DNA from: a virus
IMG/VR virus record: IMGVR_UViG_3300045988_044783
Span: 1-39,856 of that record
Direction: 5' to 3' (one strand)
Length of the DNA stretch: 39,856 bases
This document shows, piece by piece, positions 17,435 through 26,488 of this stretch. Within the stretch, counting starts at the first letter, position 1. Each line of letters opens with the position of its first letter. The position numbers and the translations under genes are program-made. The notes beneath the pieces are model-generated. The model did no database searches and was not told where the DNA came from. It worked only from the letters and a program-made list of their open reading frames with translations.

Positions 17435-17675
17435 CTGATATCCTCCTAAATGTTAGTTGTGTTTCATTGTCTATTATTATGCAACGTACTCCCCGACACA
17501 AAAAGCCTAATTCACCACTACGAAAACAGCACTTCTCACATGCTTCCCTATCTTTCGATACCAATGTTTTCACCTTGCGATCTATTCCCTTATTTGGTAC
17601 TTCCGCGAAAAATATTTCTCCTTCTTCCGGAATAAACATACCTTTGTCTGATATAGATACTCTACGCTTTTCCAT
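17421..17675 (-). CDS. Small CxxC-x-F...C-x4-C protein, tandem paralog 1 (84 aa)
   Basis: CEKCCFRSGELGFLCRGVRC. Follows the Rha/KilAC paralog. Confidence 0.7.
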   Translation of the reverse strand: MEKRRVSISDKGMFIPEEGEIFFAEVPNKGIDRKVKTLVSKDREACEKCCFRSGELGFLCRGVRCIIIDNETQLTFRRISDGKI

Positions 17676-17679
17676 GTTG

Positions 17680-18402
17680 TTACAATTTTACGTTATTAAT
17701 TAATTTTAAAAAGTGATCTCTACCCTTTGCAGTTACCAGTGTTTGGGTCCCTACCTTTTCACCTTTCGCCCATTCTTTCAACTCCAAATAGCTTCCAACA
17801 TGCTTGGCAACTGGCTTCAACTTTCCTTTCTGATCTCGGTATATGTACTTCTTATCAATCAGAAGAAAGATAAGTGCTTTTTCAGACACGCCTAACAGCT
17901 TTGCTGTATCTCTGAAATTGGTTAGTCCGTTCCGGTCTACTATTTCATCAAAGTATTCGGCTTTTGGCTTCATATCTTTATTCTCAATCTGTAACCGTTC
18001 GTTTTCCTCTACCTGTACGAGTAGTTCCTTTAAAGCCTCTTTGTACGTTTGAGGCAATTTAGGTTGATTGTCCTTTAGAGCGTTTTCCAATTTTTCAATA
18101 TAAGAAATAACTGCTTTACGGACAAACTTACTTTCACGTACTAAAACCTGCTTTGCTTGGGATAGAGTCAACTCAAACATCGGGTATTCTTGACCGTTCT
18201 GAGGGTGTTTATATAGGGTAGGCAAAATTTTCTGCATACCTATTTCCTCGTCAAATTCGTCTCTAATAACATCTAATAAAGTTTTGTGTTTCAATTTAGT
18301 TCTGTCACCTTCCTGCTCTCTAAACAAATTGATTTGTTTCAATAACTCCAAAGATGTAATTTTCTCCTTCGTACGTTCGCCAACTTTGATTAATTCGTTC
18401 AT
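17680..18402 (-). CDS. Rha/ORF6N-like N-terminal plus KilAC/ORF6C-like C-terminal antirepressor-like protein, paralog 3 (240 aa)
   Basis: MNELIKVGE... N-terminus as in the other two paralogs. C-terminal PQTYKEALKELL...KPKAEYFDEIV...FRDTAKLLG pattern matches the KilAC domain. Confidence 0.7.
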   Translation of the reverse strand: MNELIKVGERTKEKITSLELLKQINLFREQEGDRTKLKHKTLLDVIRDEFDEEIGMQKILPTLYKHPQNGQEYPMFELTLSQAKQVLVRESKFVRKAVISYIEKLENALKDNQPKLPQTYKEALKELLVQVEENERLQIENKDMKPKAEYFDEIVDRNGLTNFRDTAKLLGVSEKALIFLLIDKKYIYRDQKGKLKPVAKHVGSYLELKEWAKGEKVGTQTLVTAKGRDHFLKLINNVKL

Positions 18403-18445
18403 TTTATTTTTATTTTAAATGTGGGGTATTACTACCCCTTTCATG

Positions 18446-18634
18446 TTATTTAATATTTAGTCTATTGTTACGCATATTGTTCAACTCCATTGCAACCGCC
18501 TCTGCCATCTCCTTTGTTGCTTCCATAGATGCCATACTTTTATCGTATCCGTCAATTACTAAAAAGTATCCTCTACACTTCTTTACATAAAACTCGTTGT
18601 TTTTATGATTCTTCATTTCTGTTACTGCTTTCAT
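18446..18634 (-). CDS. Hypothetical small protein (62 aa), first gene after early promoter copy 2
   Basis: Track ORF preceded by the conserved leader ACAAAGTAGTAAT...AATTATG. Confidence 0.65.
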   Translation of the reverse strand: MKAVTEMKNHKNNEFYVKKCRGYFLVIDGYDKSMASMEATKEMAEAVAMELNNMRNNRLNIK

Positions 18635-18831
18635 AATTGTTGTTTTTTAATTATTACTACTTTGTCATTCATCGAAAGATTTAGGCTTTATAGCTTCATT
18701 TGATCGGATACCGAACCTTCATTTAACCCTTCGTAGATACCGTTGCTTATTTTCTACTCTTACGAACTTAATCTTTCAACAATCTTTTTGCGTCTTGGTT
18801 AGATTGTGGGGTCTTTCGTTGTTTGACATTA

Positions 18832-18892
18832 CAAATATAAGCATAACTTTTGAAACACAAAGCGAAACTTTAATCTTTAACACTTATTTAAC
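18832..18892 (-). promoter_or_regulatory. Early promoter cassette copy 2: 24-nt element (18869-18892), -33 TTTG (18858-18861), -7 TATATTTG (18832-18839)
   Basis: Same spacing as copy 1: 7 nt from element to -33, and 18 nt from -33 to -7. Confidence 0.7.
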
Positions 18893-18929
18893 ACAAAAGG
18901 GGATATATACATATATGTATACTCCCCTT
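18889..18929 (-). terminator. Intrinsic terminator after the 189-aa gene
   Basis: Minus strand: AAGGGGA...(palindromic TATACATATATGTATA)...TCCCCTT-TTGTGTT. Confidence 0.7.
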
Positions 18930-18935
18930 GTCGTA

Positions 18936-19505
18936 TTATGAATAACACGCCTCCGGTGCAATCATATCACACACAAAACGTAGGCAGGCATAAGGATAGA
19001 CGTAGAATTGATTGTCGGTCTTATCTATGCTAAAACCGTCATACACGTTCTTTGCGTCATTGTATATCCGCTTAACGTTCAAACCTCCGTATGGTATTTC
19101 AAGTTCATGCGTTAACGCTCGTAATATACGTTGCTTGACGAACTCAACGTTATACCCTTCCGCACCTGGAATTGTCCGGGTGTCGAACCAAAAGATTATA
19201 CTCACCTCTCCTTTCAGATCACCGAAACCAAAGTCCCCATTTCCCTCGTAGTCCTGCGAGTCATGGATATAAAAGAAACAGGTGTTACCGTATTTGTCAT
19301 TCGGTTCTAACCTCAAGTAGTCTTTATCCTTGTAATAAACGGAAGGAGTGACAAACTTTCCTTTCTCCGTTCGCTCCACCAACTTATATGCGCCTCCAAA
19401 CACATAATTTAGCCATTGTAGCGACTTTGTTAGACTAACCTGAACACTTCCTATTACTTTATCGAAAAGTACCGCATTCGGCTTTAAAATAGCTCTATTT
19501 CCCAT
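18936..19505 (-). CDS. Virion-module hypothetical protein (189 aa), neck / tail-completion candidate by position
   Basis: Last gene of the head operon, followed by a terminator. Confidence 0.6.
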   Translation of the reverse strand: MGNRAILKPNAVLFDKVIGSVQVSLTKSLQWLNYVFGGAYKLVERTEKGKFVTPSVYYKDKDYLRLEPNDKYGNTCFFYIHDSQDYEGNGDFGFGDLKGEVSIIFWFDTRTIPGAEGYNVEFVKQRILRALTHELEIPYGGLNVKRIYNDAKNVYDGFSIDKTDNQFYVYPYACLRFVCDMIAPEACYS

Positions 19506-19947
19506 TTAGTATCTCCTTTACTTTTTTTGCCGCTTCATCTTTCACATAATCGTTAATAAATTCGGCAAGCGATTCATTGGTTAAACCAAATATCTCCACA
19601 CCGTATCTCTTGATTAACCAGACCGTTTTTTCGTCTGAGGCTTTAATATAGAATCTATCCTCAGACGTTTCAACGTAAAAAGAGTCGTAAAACTCCCCTG
19701 TGTCCTTTAGAGTCACCCGGTCGTACGGTTGCCGTTTCTTTATCTTAACCTTGATAGTGGAAGGGCTGTACGGTCTATATTCGTCTATCCGGACTCCCAG
19801 CCTGTTTACCCCTTTGGCGAATAACTGATCTTGTGCGTTCATGTCGATAAGTGTGTTATCGTTATCCCGCACAATCTCCTTCGCTATTCGTCCGGTATCT
19901 AAAGCCTCTTTCACTTTCTTAACTCTATCTAACAATGTTGTTATCAT
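19495..19947 (-). CDS. Virion-module hypothetical protein (150 aa), head-tail connector candidate by position
   Basis: Track ORF overlapping both neighbours. Confidence 0.6.
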   Translation of the reverse strand: MITTLLDRVKKVKEALDTGRIAKEIVRDNDNTLIDMNAQDQLFAKGVNRLGVRIDEYRPYSPSTIKVKIKKRQPYDRVTLKDTGEFYDSFYVETSEDRFYIKASDEKTVWLIKRYGVEIFGLTNESLAEFINDYVKDEAAKKVKEILNGK

Positions 19948-21248
19948 GTCGATTTAAATCTTATACCACCATTTTTACACGTCAAGCATATTCTATCCAT
20001 CCCTTTTGTATCAACGCTCAATGCCTTCATTGCTTGATTCAACTGATGCCCGATACCCTGCGCACGACCCTGTGACACACCGTCAACCTCGTATAAGATT
20101 GATTCTCTATCAATGTTCAATTGATTGGCATTCTGCCGGACGTTCGGATTCAAAGCAAGCTCACGGAGGATATAAGCAGCCATCTGCAAAGAAAGAGCAT
20201 TCGCAAATACAAGTCTTTCGCTTATAATGAAGTCGGTGATGTCACAAGCTACTGTAAACTGAACGTTAATACCGTAACACGTTGCAGGTGTATAGACGTT
20301 TGATTGAATGTTAAACAGATTCTCACCCTGTTTTGAGTCATTCCTGAACGGTGATATTTGAATGTACTTTGTTAGCTCTCTCCACGCCTGCACACTTCCA
20401 ACGTTGCATGTTCCGCATGGCTCTGCGCTAAAGTCTTTTGCCATGTTGATTGCAAATACATCATACGGTAGTTGTTCTTGATCGTAGCACAGATACCATG
20501 TGCCACCCGGTGACGTTGCCTCAGAAATATAAGGTAAAAATACGTCCGGTACATCAAACCATTGATAAGGCCCATTATCCGTATAATTCAAGTCGAATGT
20601 ATGTATAGGCTGAGGCTGTGAGCTATGCAAAAGATACATCTTAACTTTCACAGGCTTCGTAAACTGCAATCCGATTCTGTCGATCTTCGTAGTAACACCC
20701 ATCGCCCGAACTGGCAATATTTCATATCCTACCATGCTCTTTGTCGAGTCAATTTGGTTAGTGTAGTAGCCCGAACCGTCAAAAAGCGGTCTACGCTCTA
20801 ATAACGTCTTTGTTTCCCCCGCTATCGTCTTTTCTGTGATAAACTTAGTGATAGTAGCCGTTATTGCTTTTTCGTTTAACTCTCTGAGGTAATCAGATAA
20901 AGTGTTATATCTCTCCCAGTTTTGATCTCCCCCTGAGGGCTGCTCTCCGGTTGTTTCGTTTGTGGCTATCCATACCGAAGGTTTTGACAATAGAGGATCA
21001 CTGTTAAACCTCACCTTGTCACCGACCGCATAAGTCTCTGTATCGCTGTATTCCGGATACTTCTTATAGTAGTCTAACGGCATGATGGATGATATATTTT
21101 CAAGCGTCACAAGCGGGTGAACGTCTTGATAGGAAATACCGCTTTCAGACGTTGTTAGTTCGGTGTCTATCTGATTGTCTAAATCGTATGACTGCCTCCA
21201 ACCTACTACGTTTTTTAAGCTATCTTTTATGTCTTTGATTCTGTACAT
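19944..21248 (-). CDS. Virion-module hypothetical protein (434 aa)
   Basis: Track ORF downstream of the capsid gene. No motif recognised. Confidence 0.65.
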   Translation of the reverse strand: MYRIKDIKDSLKNVVGWRQSYDLDNQIDTELTTSESGISYQDVHPLVTLENISSIMPLDYYKKYPEYSDTETYAVGDKVRFNSDPLLSKPSVWIATNETTGEQPSGGDQNWERYNTLSDYLRELNEKAITATITKFITEKTIAGETKTLLERRPLFDGSGYYTNQIDSTKSMVGYEILPVRAMGVTTKIDRIGLQFTKPVKVKMYLLHSSQPQPIHTFDLNYTDNGPYQWFDVPDVFLPYISEATSPGGTWYLCYDQEQLPYDVFAINMAKDFSAEPCGTCNVGSVQAWRELTKYIQISPFRNDSKQGENLFNIQSNVYTPATCYGINVQFTVACDITDFIISERLVFANALSLQMAAYILRELALNPNVRQNANQLNIDRESILYEVDGVSQGRAQGIGHQLNQAMKALSVDTKGMDRICLTCKNGGIRFKST

Positions 21249-21260
21249 GTTATACTGAAT

Positions 21261-21295
21261 TAAAAAAGGGAAGGGATATTTCTTTCCCCTCCCTT
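21261..21295 (-). terminator. Intrinsic terminator after the major capsid gene
   Basis: Minus strand: AAGGGAGGGGA-aagaaata-TCCCTTCCCTT-TTTTAATT (10/11 pairs). Confidence 0.7.
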
Positions 21296-21328
21296 TTAAT
21301 TAAACTTTAATTTACTATATAACTACTA

Positions 21329-22609
21329 TCACCCAACTGGTTTCGTTATAACTGGTGCGTCCTCTCCGTTTTTAACCTCTACATCAACTACACCAGCAGT
21401 AGATGAAACTTCCTCACCCTTAACCTTATCCAAATCTATCTTTAAAGCTGATTTTTCAACGTCATTGCCTCCAATTTTAGCAAGGTTAACAGATATTTCA
21501 CCTGTAGTAGCCCCGCTACCGATTTGCTCGGCATTAGTGATATAAACGGGTGTACCTCCGAACTGAGAACCGTCCTTTTTGATTTCAACTTTCATAACCG
21601 GGTTAGAAACAGTTTCCGGTGCTGAGTTGTAAGCTACAACGAAAGCAATATCAACAGAGAAACCGTAGTGCTCTTTAATGTTACATGTCATGTCAGCAGT
21701 TGCTGCGCCTGCGATAGCGGACTGATCACCTACCGACTCGTAGTAATGTGTACCAACTTGGAAACCTGCAAACGGGAAGTTGATAACGTCCCATTCGTGA
21801 CCTGCTTTAGAGGTTGCTCGTCTGAGGGCTTCACGGTCAACACGGGTCAACATACCAACGTTACCACTTTCAATTGCGTAGAACTGAGCAAAGTTTTCAC
21901 TTTCCAAAACCATGTTGTTTGTAAAGTGGAAAATCTTATTTGCATATTCCAGCTGCTTGTTAACATCGTTGTAGATTCCGTGTTGTTCCAGTTTACGGAC
22001 AATAGCGTCTACGCCAGTGTCGCCGACAATATGAAGTTGGCCGGAATAGTCCATAGAACGGAACATCGGGTGCAAATCTCCGAGGATATCATTACGCTGC
22101 ATGTAATTAACCTGCACGTCATTTGCTGTCTGAGTGTAGTAAAGCAAGTTGCCGAACTTCTGCGTTTTAGCTGTTTCCAGTGCTGCGATAGCGTCCTTGT
22201 CGACCTGGTCTAAGAATTTACGAGAAAACTTAAGCATTTTCTTTTCAAAATCTTTCTGATAGTCAATTTCGTTGTTGTTAAACATAGTCGGAACCATTGT
22301 AAAGCCGAAAGCGTATGTTTTCCACACAACCGCCATCAGTTTAGAGGTATTCTCAGCGTCCGCAATGACGCATGTACGCTCGTTTGCAACTGTGACGGTA
22401 CCGTCATAATCAATCACCGGAATCTTGATGTCGGTCCCCATAGAACTAAACGCCCGACGTTTAGTTTCATCGGTAAGCATAGAGTCAGGTGCATTCGTCT
22501 GAGAAAGGAAAAAGTCAAGCGCACCCCACTCTGTGAGGCGGCTCATGTTCTTGTCAACTTGCGGATTTCGCAACCGCATCTCCTGTGTACGTGTAGCAAT
22601 TAAGCTCAT
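21329..22609 (-). CDS. Major capsid protein candidate (426 aa)
   Basis: Directly downstream of the scaffold-like coiled-coil gene and followed by a strong terminator. Assignment is positional. Confidence 0.55.
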   Translation of the reverse strand: MSLIATRTQEMRLRNPQVDKNMSRLTEWGALDFFLSQTNAPDSMLTDETKRRAFSSMGTDIKIPVIDYDGTVTVANERTCVIADAENTSKLMAVVWKTYAFGFTMVPTMFNNNEIDYQKDFEKKMLKFSRKFLDQVDKDAIAALETAKTQKFGNLLYYTQTANDVQVNYMQRNDILGDLHPMFRSMDYSGQLHIVGDTGVDAIVRKLEQHGIYNDVNKQLEYANKIFHFTNNMVLESENFAQFYAIESGNVGMLTRVDREALRRATSKAGHEWDVINFPFAGFQVGTHYYESVGDQSAIAGAATADMTCNIKEHYGFSVDIAFVVAYNSAPETVSNPVMKVEIKKDGSQFGGTPVYITNAEQIGSGATTGEISVNLAKIGGNDVEKSALKIDLDKVKGEEVSSTAGVVDVEVKNGEDAPVITKPVG

Positions 22610-22658
22610 AATAATCTGTTTTTAAAGTTTATAATGTGGGGATCGCTCCCCTTTTATT

Positions 22659-23576
22659 TTACTGTAACGGCAAGTTCTGAATATCGTTTTCTTGCCAAAT
22701 TGTATTGAGTTCCGTTTGATACTCTTCCGACCCCACTGTTAAACCCTTTCCGGCAAGGTATTTATGCGCAACCTCCTGCGCCTCTACCTTAGTTTTACAG
22801 CCTGTCAGATCAATTGCGGTTGGCGTTCCTTTTCCGCCTCCTTTGCCCCCTGCACCTCCCACAATTCTTCCTTCGTCAAGAACACCAAACGGTTTCAGTT
22901 TCTCTGTGAGCAGTTCAGATACAGAATAAGGATTTAGACCGTTTGCCGGGTTATTATAAGGAACACCGTCTTTCATAAACACAATACTCTCTTTACCGTC
23001 TTTCTCAACAATTGTAGGAGTAAACTCAGTTTTTAGATCGTTAACTGCTTGCTGTTTGATAATATTCAACATAGCGTCATTAACTCCCTTTCCAAACTTC
23101 ATGCTGCCTAAAGCCTGTGTAATGTGGGAAGTAATCTTATAATCGGATAGCTTGTTTGAGAACTCTTTTTCTTTCTCTGTAAGCTGATTTGTCAGTTCCG
23201 AATACTTCGTTTTAGTATCGTTTAACTCAGCCTGCAAAGCTGCTATTTTCTCGTTATCCTTATCACCTTCCTTCTTTGCTTTTTCGGCTTCAAGTTCTGT
23301 TTTAAGATCTGCAATAATCTTTTCAAACTTAGCAGAATCAACAGACGAAAGTTTGTTCTTTCCGAACTCGACAGCTTTTTCAAATGTAAGGTCTGTAACA
23401 TCGTCAATGCCGAATGCTTGACTCAGAGATAAAGTCGCTTTTGCTCTTTCCTCCTTAACTTTCGTCTGAATAACCTGCGTTTCGTCATTCTGCGAAAGGG
23501 TAGCAATAACATTCAACTGTTCATCTGTTAGCTCTGAAAGAGCTTTATTTTGTCTTAGAATATCTACCGTTAACAT
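22659..23576 (-). CDS. Scaffolding protein candidate (305 aa)
   Basis: Glu/Lys-rich coiled-coil centre (KTELEAEKAKKEGDKDNEKIAALQAELNDTKTKYSELTNQLTEKEKE). Lies between the portal and capsid genes. Confidence 0.5.
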   Translation of the reverse strand: MLTVDILRQNKALSELTDEQLNVIATLSQNDETQVIQTKVKEERAKATLSLSQAFGIDDVTDLTFEKAVEFGKNKLSSVDSAKFEKIIADLKTELEAEKAKKEGDKDNEKIAALQAELNDTKTKYSELTNQLTEKEKEFSNKLSDYKITSHITQALGSMKFGKGVNDAMLNIIKQQAVNDLKTEFTPTIVEKDGKESIVFMKDGVPYNNPANGLNPYSVSELLTEKLKPFGVLDEGRIVGGAGGKGGGKGTPTAIDLTGCKTKVEAQEVAHKYLAGKGLTVGSEEYQTELNTIWQENDIQNLPLQ

Positions 23577-23977
23577 TACTTACCTCCTTTCTTTTCTTCC
23601 TTTTTCAACTCAGCAAGAACCTTCTTTCTCTCTTCCTCTCTGATCTGTTCTCTCAGTTCCTTTAAAGCCTGTTCTTGCTTTGCTTTTTTAACCTGTTCTG
23701 AATATTCCTGCATATCCTTTGCATACTTTCTAGGATCGTGCACAATTCTAATACTGTAGCCTCCTCGACTCAAATACGGGTAAACTATCATTTCAAATGT
23801 TAAAGGTCTGTATTTCTGCAATACTGGTGAAAATACCCTCGCACCAGTATTCGGGTCAAACTGTGACCTTTCTTGAATCACGTGATAGCGACCTTTTTCA
23901 TCTTCCGGACACAGATAGTTTTCTGCTGTCACCTTGTCAAGCGGGTGCTCCGGGTACAATGGTCTGTTCATTTGCAT
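23576..23977 (-). CDS. Hypothetical protein (133 aa) with a Lys/Glu-rich C-terminus
   Basis: Track ORF between portal and scaffold. The start may be at 23971. Confidence 0.6.
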   Translation of the reverse strand: MQMNRPLYPEHPLDKVTAENYLCPEDEKGRYHVIQERSQFDPNTGARVFSPVLQKYRPLTFEMIVYPYLSRGGYSIRIVHDPRKYAKDMQEYSEQVKKAKQEQALKELREQIREEERKKVLAELKKEEKKGGK

Positions 23978-25664
23978 AACGTTTTAATGTTTCTAAAATT
24001 TTGTTTATCTTATTAGAGTAATCAATATTAGAGCCAAACTCTATAATATTCATGTTCTCTCTTTCAAATCTACGCACAAATGTAGGCAAGTTTAGTTTTA
24101 TCCGCAAATCTTCCTCACTTATAACGTTTTCTTTATACAAATTAATTGCTTCTTCCCTCGTTAAGTGAGAATAAGGTTCAATCTCTTTCAAGATTAATAA
24201 CCTTTGCATTTGTATTGGGTCATGCCTGTACTCTGTTTCGATTATCTGTGTACGCATAGCGTCTAACTCGCTTTCGCTTGCTCCCGACTCTTTGAGTACT
24301 TTGTATCTCTCTGCAAGTTGTTCCGGTGTATAGATATAGAACTCAGTGCCGTAGTTTATCGAACATGAAACGAAAGTATTTCCGTATCTCAGTCGGCAAA
24401 CTGTTGCGTCTACAAAGCATTGTGCTTCCTCAAAGCCTCGTTTGATCCGGTTTAGAATCGTCGTTTGACTCTCAAATGAAGCCTGTACTTGTTTCTCGTT
24501 TACAGCTGTTTCTTTCTGAACCTCACCCCCTACGCCAGTCACAGAGGTAATAATGTTCTTCTTTAAACGTTCCTCCTCAGACACGTTATACTGCAAAGCA
24601 GATACATCAGCTGTTAGCATTTTGATAGGGTCTGACAAGTCCGGTTGCTGCTCGCTTGGTACTGGTATCTCTACATAAGAACCTGCACCGCTCAACCGCT
24701 TCGAGGAACATACTGGACATTTCATAGGTTGACCGTCCATGTCTGCAATATATTCACCCTTATCACCGATTAAGAAACCGTGTCCGTTACACCTCTCTTT
24801 GCCTCCGTTTGCAATATAATCGCAATCTTGTTCATATCCGGAATAGATCGGATAGGCACCGTACAAATCAAGATGTTTCTTTGCCGTTGATTGATAAAGA
24901 TACCAATCAAGCGAATCAAGTACTTTGGTGAGCGGGCTTTTCTTTATGTCCGGTTCTTGCAATGATATAGAGTCAGACCAAAAGAACCTTGACGGACAAT
25001 AACCTAAATCGTGCGTACTTTCAACCTCCAATGTGAGTGAATTGTTCTTTTCGATTTTAAAACGTCTGTAAAAAACATCATCAATCTGAATCAGCTTTTC
25101 ATCATTCGTCTTAAACATTATCCACGCCATGACGTTATTATCCTCTTTTGTGGTTTCGTAGCTAACTACTGAGGCAATATCAATGAAATAGAAATAAGGA
25201 TCAGGCTTATCACCCTGCTGCACTTCCGGCAAATCAATCACAAGAACTGAGTTAATTCTATCCTTGAAATTATCCCAACCATCAGTAGCCCAAACATGTG
25301 GTTCTTTTAGCACTTCTTGTCTGTAATACTCCCAGTCATCACGATCTTCCGAGTCGGTAAATTGGTAATTAAATGCAGGATTCCGACCGTCAAACACTCG
25401 ACTCAATTTATCGAATATTTCACTCGTAACCTCGTTTGTCTTTACCGGGAAATGAAACATAGAGTTAAATATCTCGTATTTGTCCGGTGCTATCCACATC
25501 TTCACCCGGTTAAGGAAATCTAAAGCAGGCTTTGTGCGTACATCATCAACCTTTACCCTTGCGTGGAATGCTATTCGTTCCTCCTGTTCCCTCGCTTTCT
25601 GTATCCACTTCCGATTGATCGGTTTTCTGAATATCTCCCGTATTTCTTCGACTGATTTTCCCAT
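23937..25664 (-). CDS. Portal protein candidate (575 aa)
   Basis: Size and position downstream of the large terminase. No motif recognised with certainty. Confidence 0.55.
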   Translation of the reverse strand: MGKSVEEIREIFRKPINRKWIQKAREQEERIAFHARVKVDDVRTKPALDFLNRVKMWIAPDKYEIFNSMFHFPVKTNEVTSEIFDKLSRVFDGRNPAFNYQFTDSEDRDDWEYYRQEVLKEPHVWATDGWDNFKDRINSVLVIDLPEVQQGDKPDPYFYFIDIASVVSYETTKEDNNVMAWIMFKTNDEKLIQIDDVFYRRFKIEKNNSLTLEVESTHDLGYCPSRFFWSDSISLQEPDIKKSPLTKVLDSLDWYLYQSTAKKHLDLYGAYPIYSGYEQDCDYIANGGKERCNGHGFLIGDKGEYIADMDGQPMKCPVCSSKRLSGAGSYVEIPVPSEQQPDLSDPIKMLTADVSALQYNVSEEERLKKNIITSVTGVGGEVQKETAVNEKQVQASFESQTTILNRIKRGFEEAQCFVDATVCRLRYGNTFVSCSINYGTEFYIYTPEQLAERYKVLKESGASESELDAMRTQIIETEYRHDPIQMQRLLILKEIEPYSHLTREEAINLYKENVISEEDLRIKLNLPTFVRRFERENMNIIEFGSNIDYSNKINKILETLKRYANEQTIVPGAPA

Positions 25665-25815
25665 CCTGTTTTAAATAATAGCTTTCACCTTCCGTTATCT
25701 CCCACCCTCCATTGGGAAACATTAACAAAAGACGTTCGGCATGTTCAACTTCAAATAAACGAGTTTCCCCCAACTCTTTACAAGTGAGGGAAACCATTGT
25801 TTTTTTAGCATTCAT
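25546..25815 (-). CDS. Hypothetical small protein (89 aa), 3' end overlaps the portal start by 119 nt
   Basis: TAATG coupling to the upstream gene. The N-terminal ~50 aa look protein-like; the C-terminal part is low-complexity where it overlaps the portal frame. Confidence 0.45.
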   Translation of the reverse strand: MNAKKTMVSLTCKELGETRLFEVEHAERLLLMFPNGGWEITEGESYYLKQDGKISRRNTGDIQKTDQSEVDTESEGTGGTNSIPRKGKG

Positions 25816-26450
25816 TAGACTGCTGGCGAAGCCGGTATTAACTGTGTCAGAGGGTTAAATTCCGGTTTGAAAATCGCCAAGTCATCCGACCAATTAGGTT
25901 TGAAACTCCACGAAATTACATTCGTATCCGGTGCTTCCAAACCTCCGATAGTGCGATCACCTACAAACAGCGATTCAACGGGAATTGGCTTATAGTTTTC
26001 ACCGTCTTTAATAGCAGCGATCTGACCGTTACCGTTAATCAGATAAACGCCAAGTCCGCCAGTTACTTCGCACATCAGACCCTTTAAAACCTTAATTACT
26101 TCCTGAGGCGTTTTGAGGAATTTCCCTGAGAATGAAGTACTATTAGACCCCAAAATTTCAACTACTCCGCCGGGTGTTGCGTTCCCACCTCCATACGTCA
26201 AAGCCTCACCAGCTTCAACCGTAGGCTCAGCAATGTACGGCGAAACCACCATTTTAGTAGCGTCTTTTGCAGCAAGTAAAGCCGTCCAAGTACCCAATGT
26301 TTTAGCAGTTGCAACGGTTATTGAATTTTCATCCGTTTTACCCATCAATCTCTGAAATACTACTTTCTGAATCTGACCGAAGTTCTCCGGACATGTTACA
26401 GCCGGAATATCCGGTAAAGCCGTTCCTAGCGGACAATCACAATACAACAT
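25815..26450 (-). CDS. Hypothetical structural protein (211 aa), possible tail-tube-like protein
   Basis: Gly/Thr-rich beta-type sequence. It has its own -7 box (26489-26496) and sits between TerL and portal. Function is not established. Confidence 0.3.
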   Translation of the reverse strand: MLYCDCPLGTALPDIPAVTCPENFGQIQKVVFQRLMGKTDENSITVATAKTLGTWTALLAAKDATKMVVSPYIAEPTVEAGEALTYGGGNATPGGVVEILGSNSTSFSGKFLKTPQEVIKVLKGLMCEVTGGLGVYLINGNGQIAAIKDGENYKPIPVESLFVGDRTIGGLEAPDTNVISWSFKPNWSDDLAIFKPEFNPLTQLIPASPAV

Positions 26451-26488
26451 ATTTTCTTAATTTTTAGTTAAACAATTAATTAACAATG

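Noticed and set aside
18690-18725. tRNA-like T-arm resemblance (ggttcggtatcc) in the long leader of cassette 2.
   Set aside because: The flanks do not form acceptor, D or anticodon stems, and the T-loop length is wrong. I found no tRNA gene anywhere in the window.
22638-22651. Hairpins 22638-22651 and 18423-18438 as plus-strand terminators (a T-run follows them on the plus strand).
   Set aside because: There are no credible plus-strand genes to terminate. They are treated instead as intercistronic elements of the minus-strand transcripts, although blocking antisense transcription cannot be excluded.
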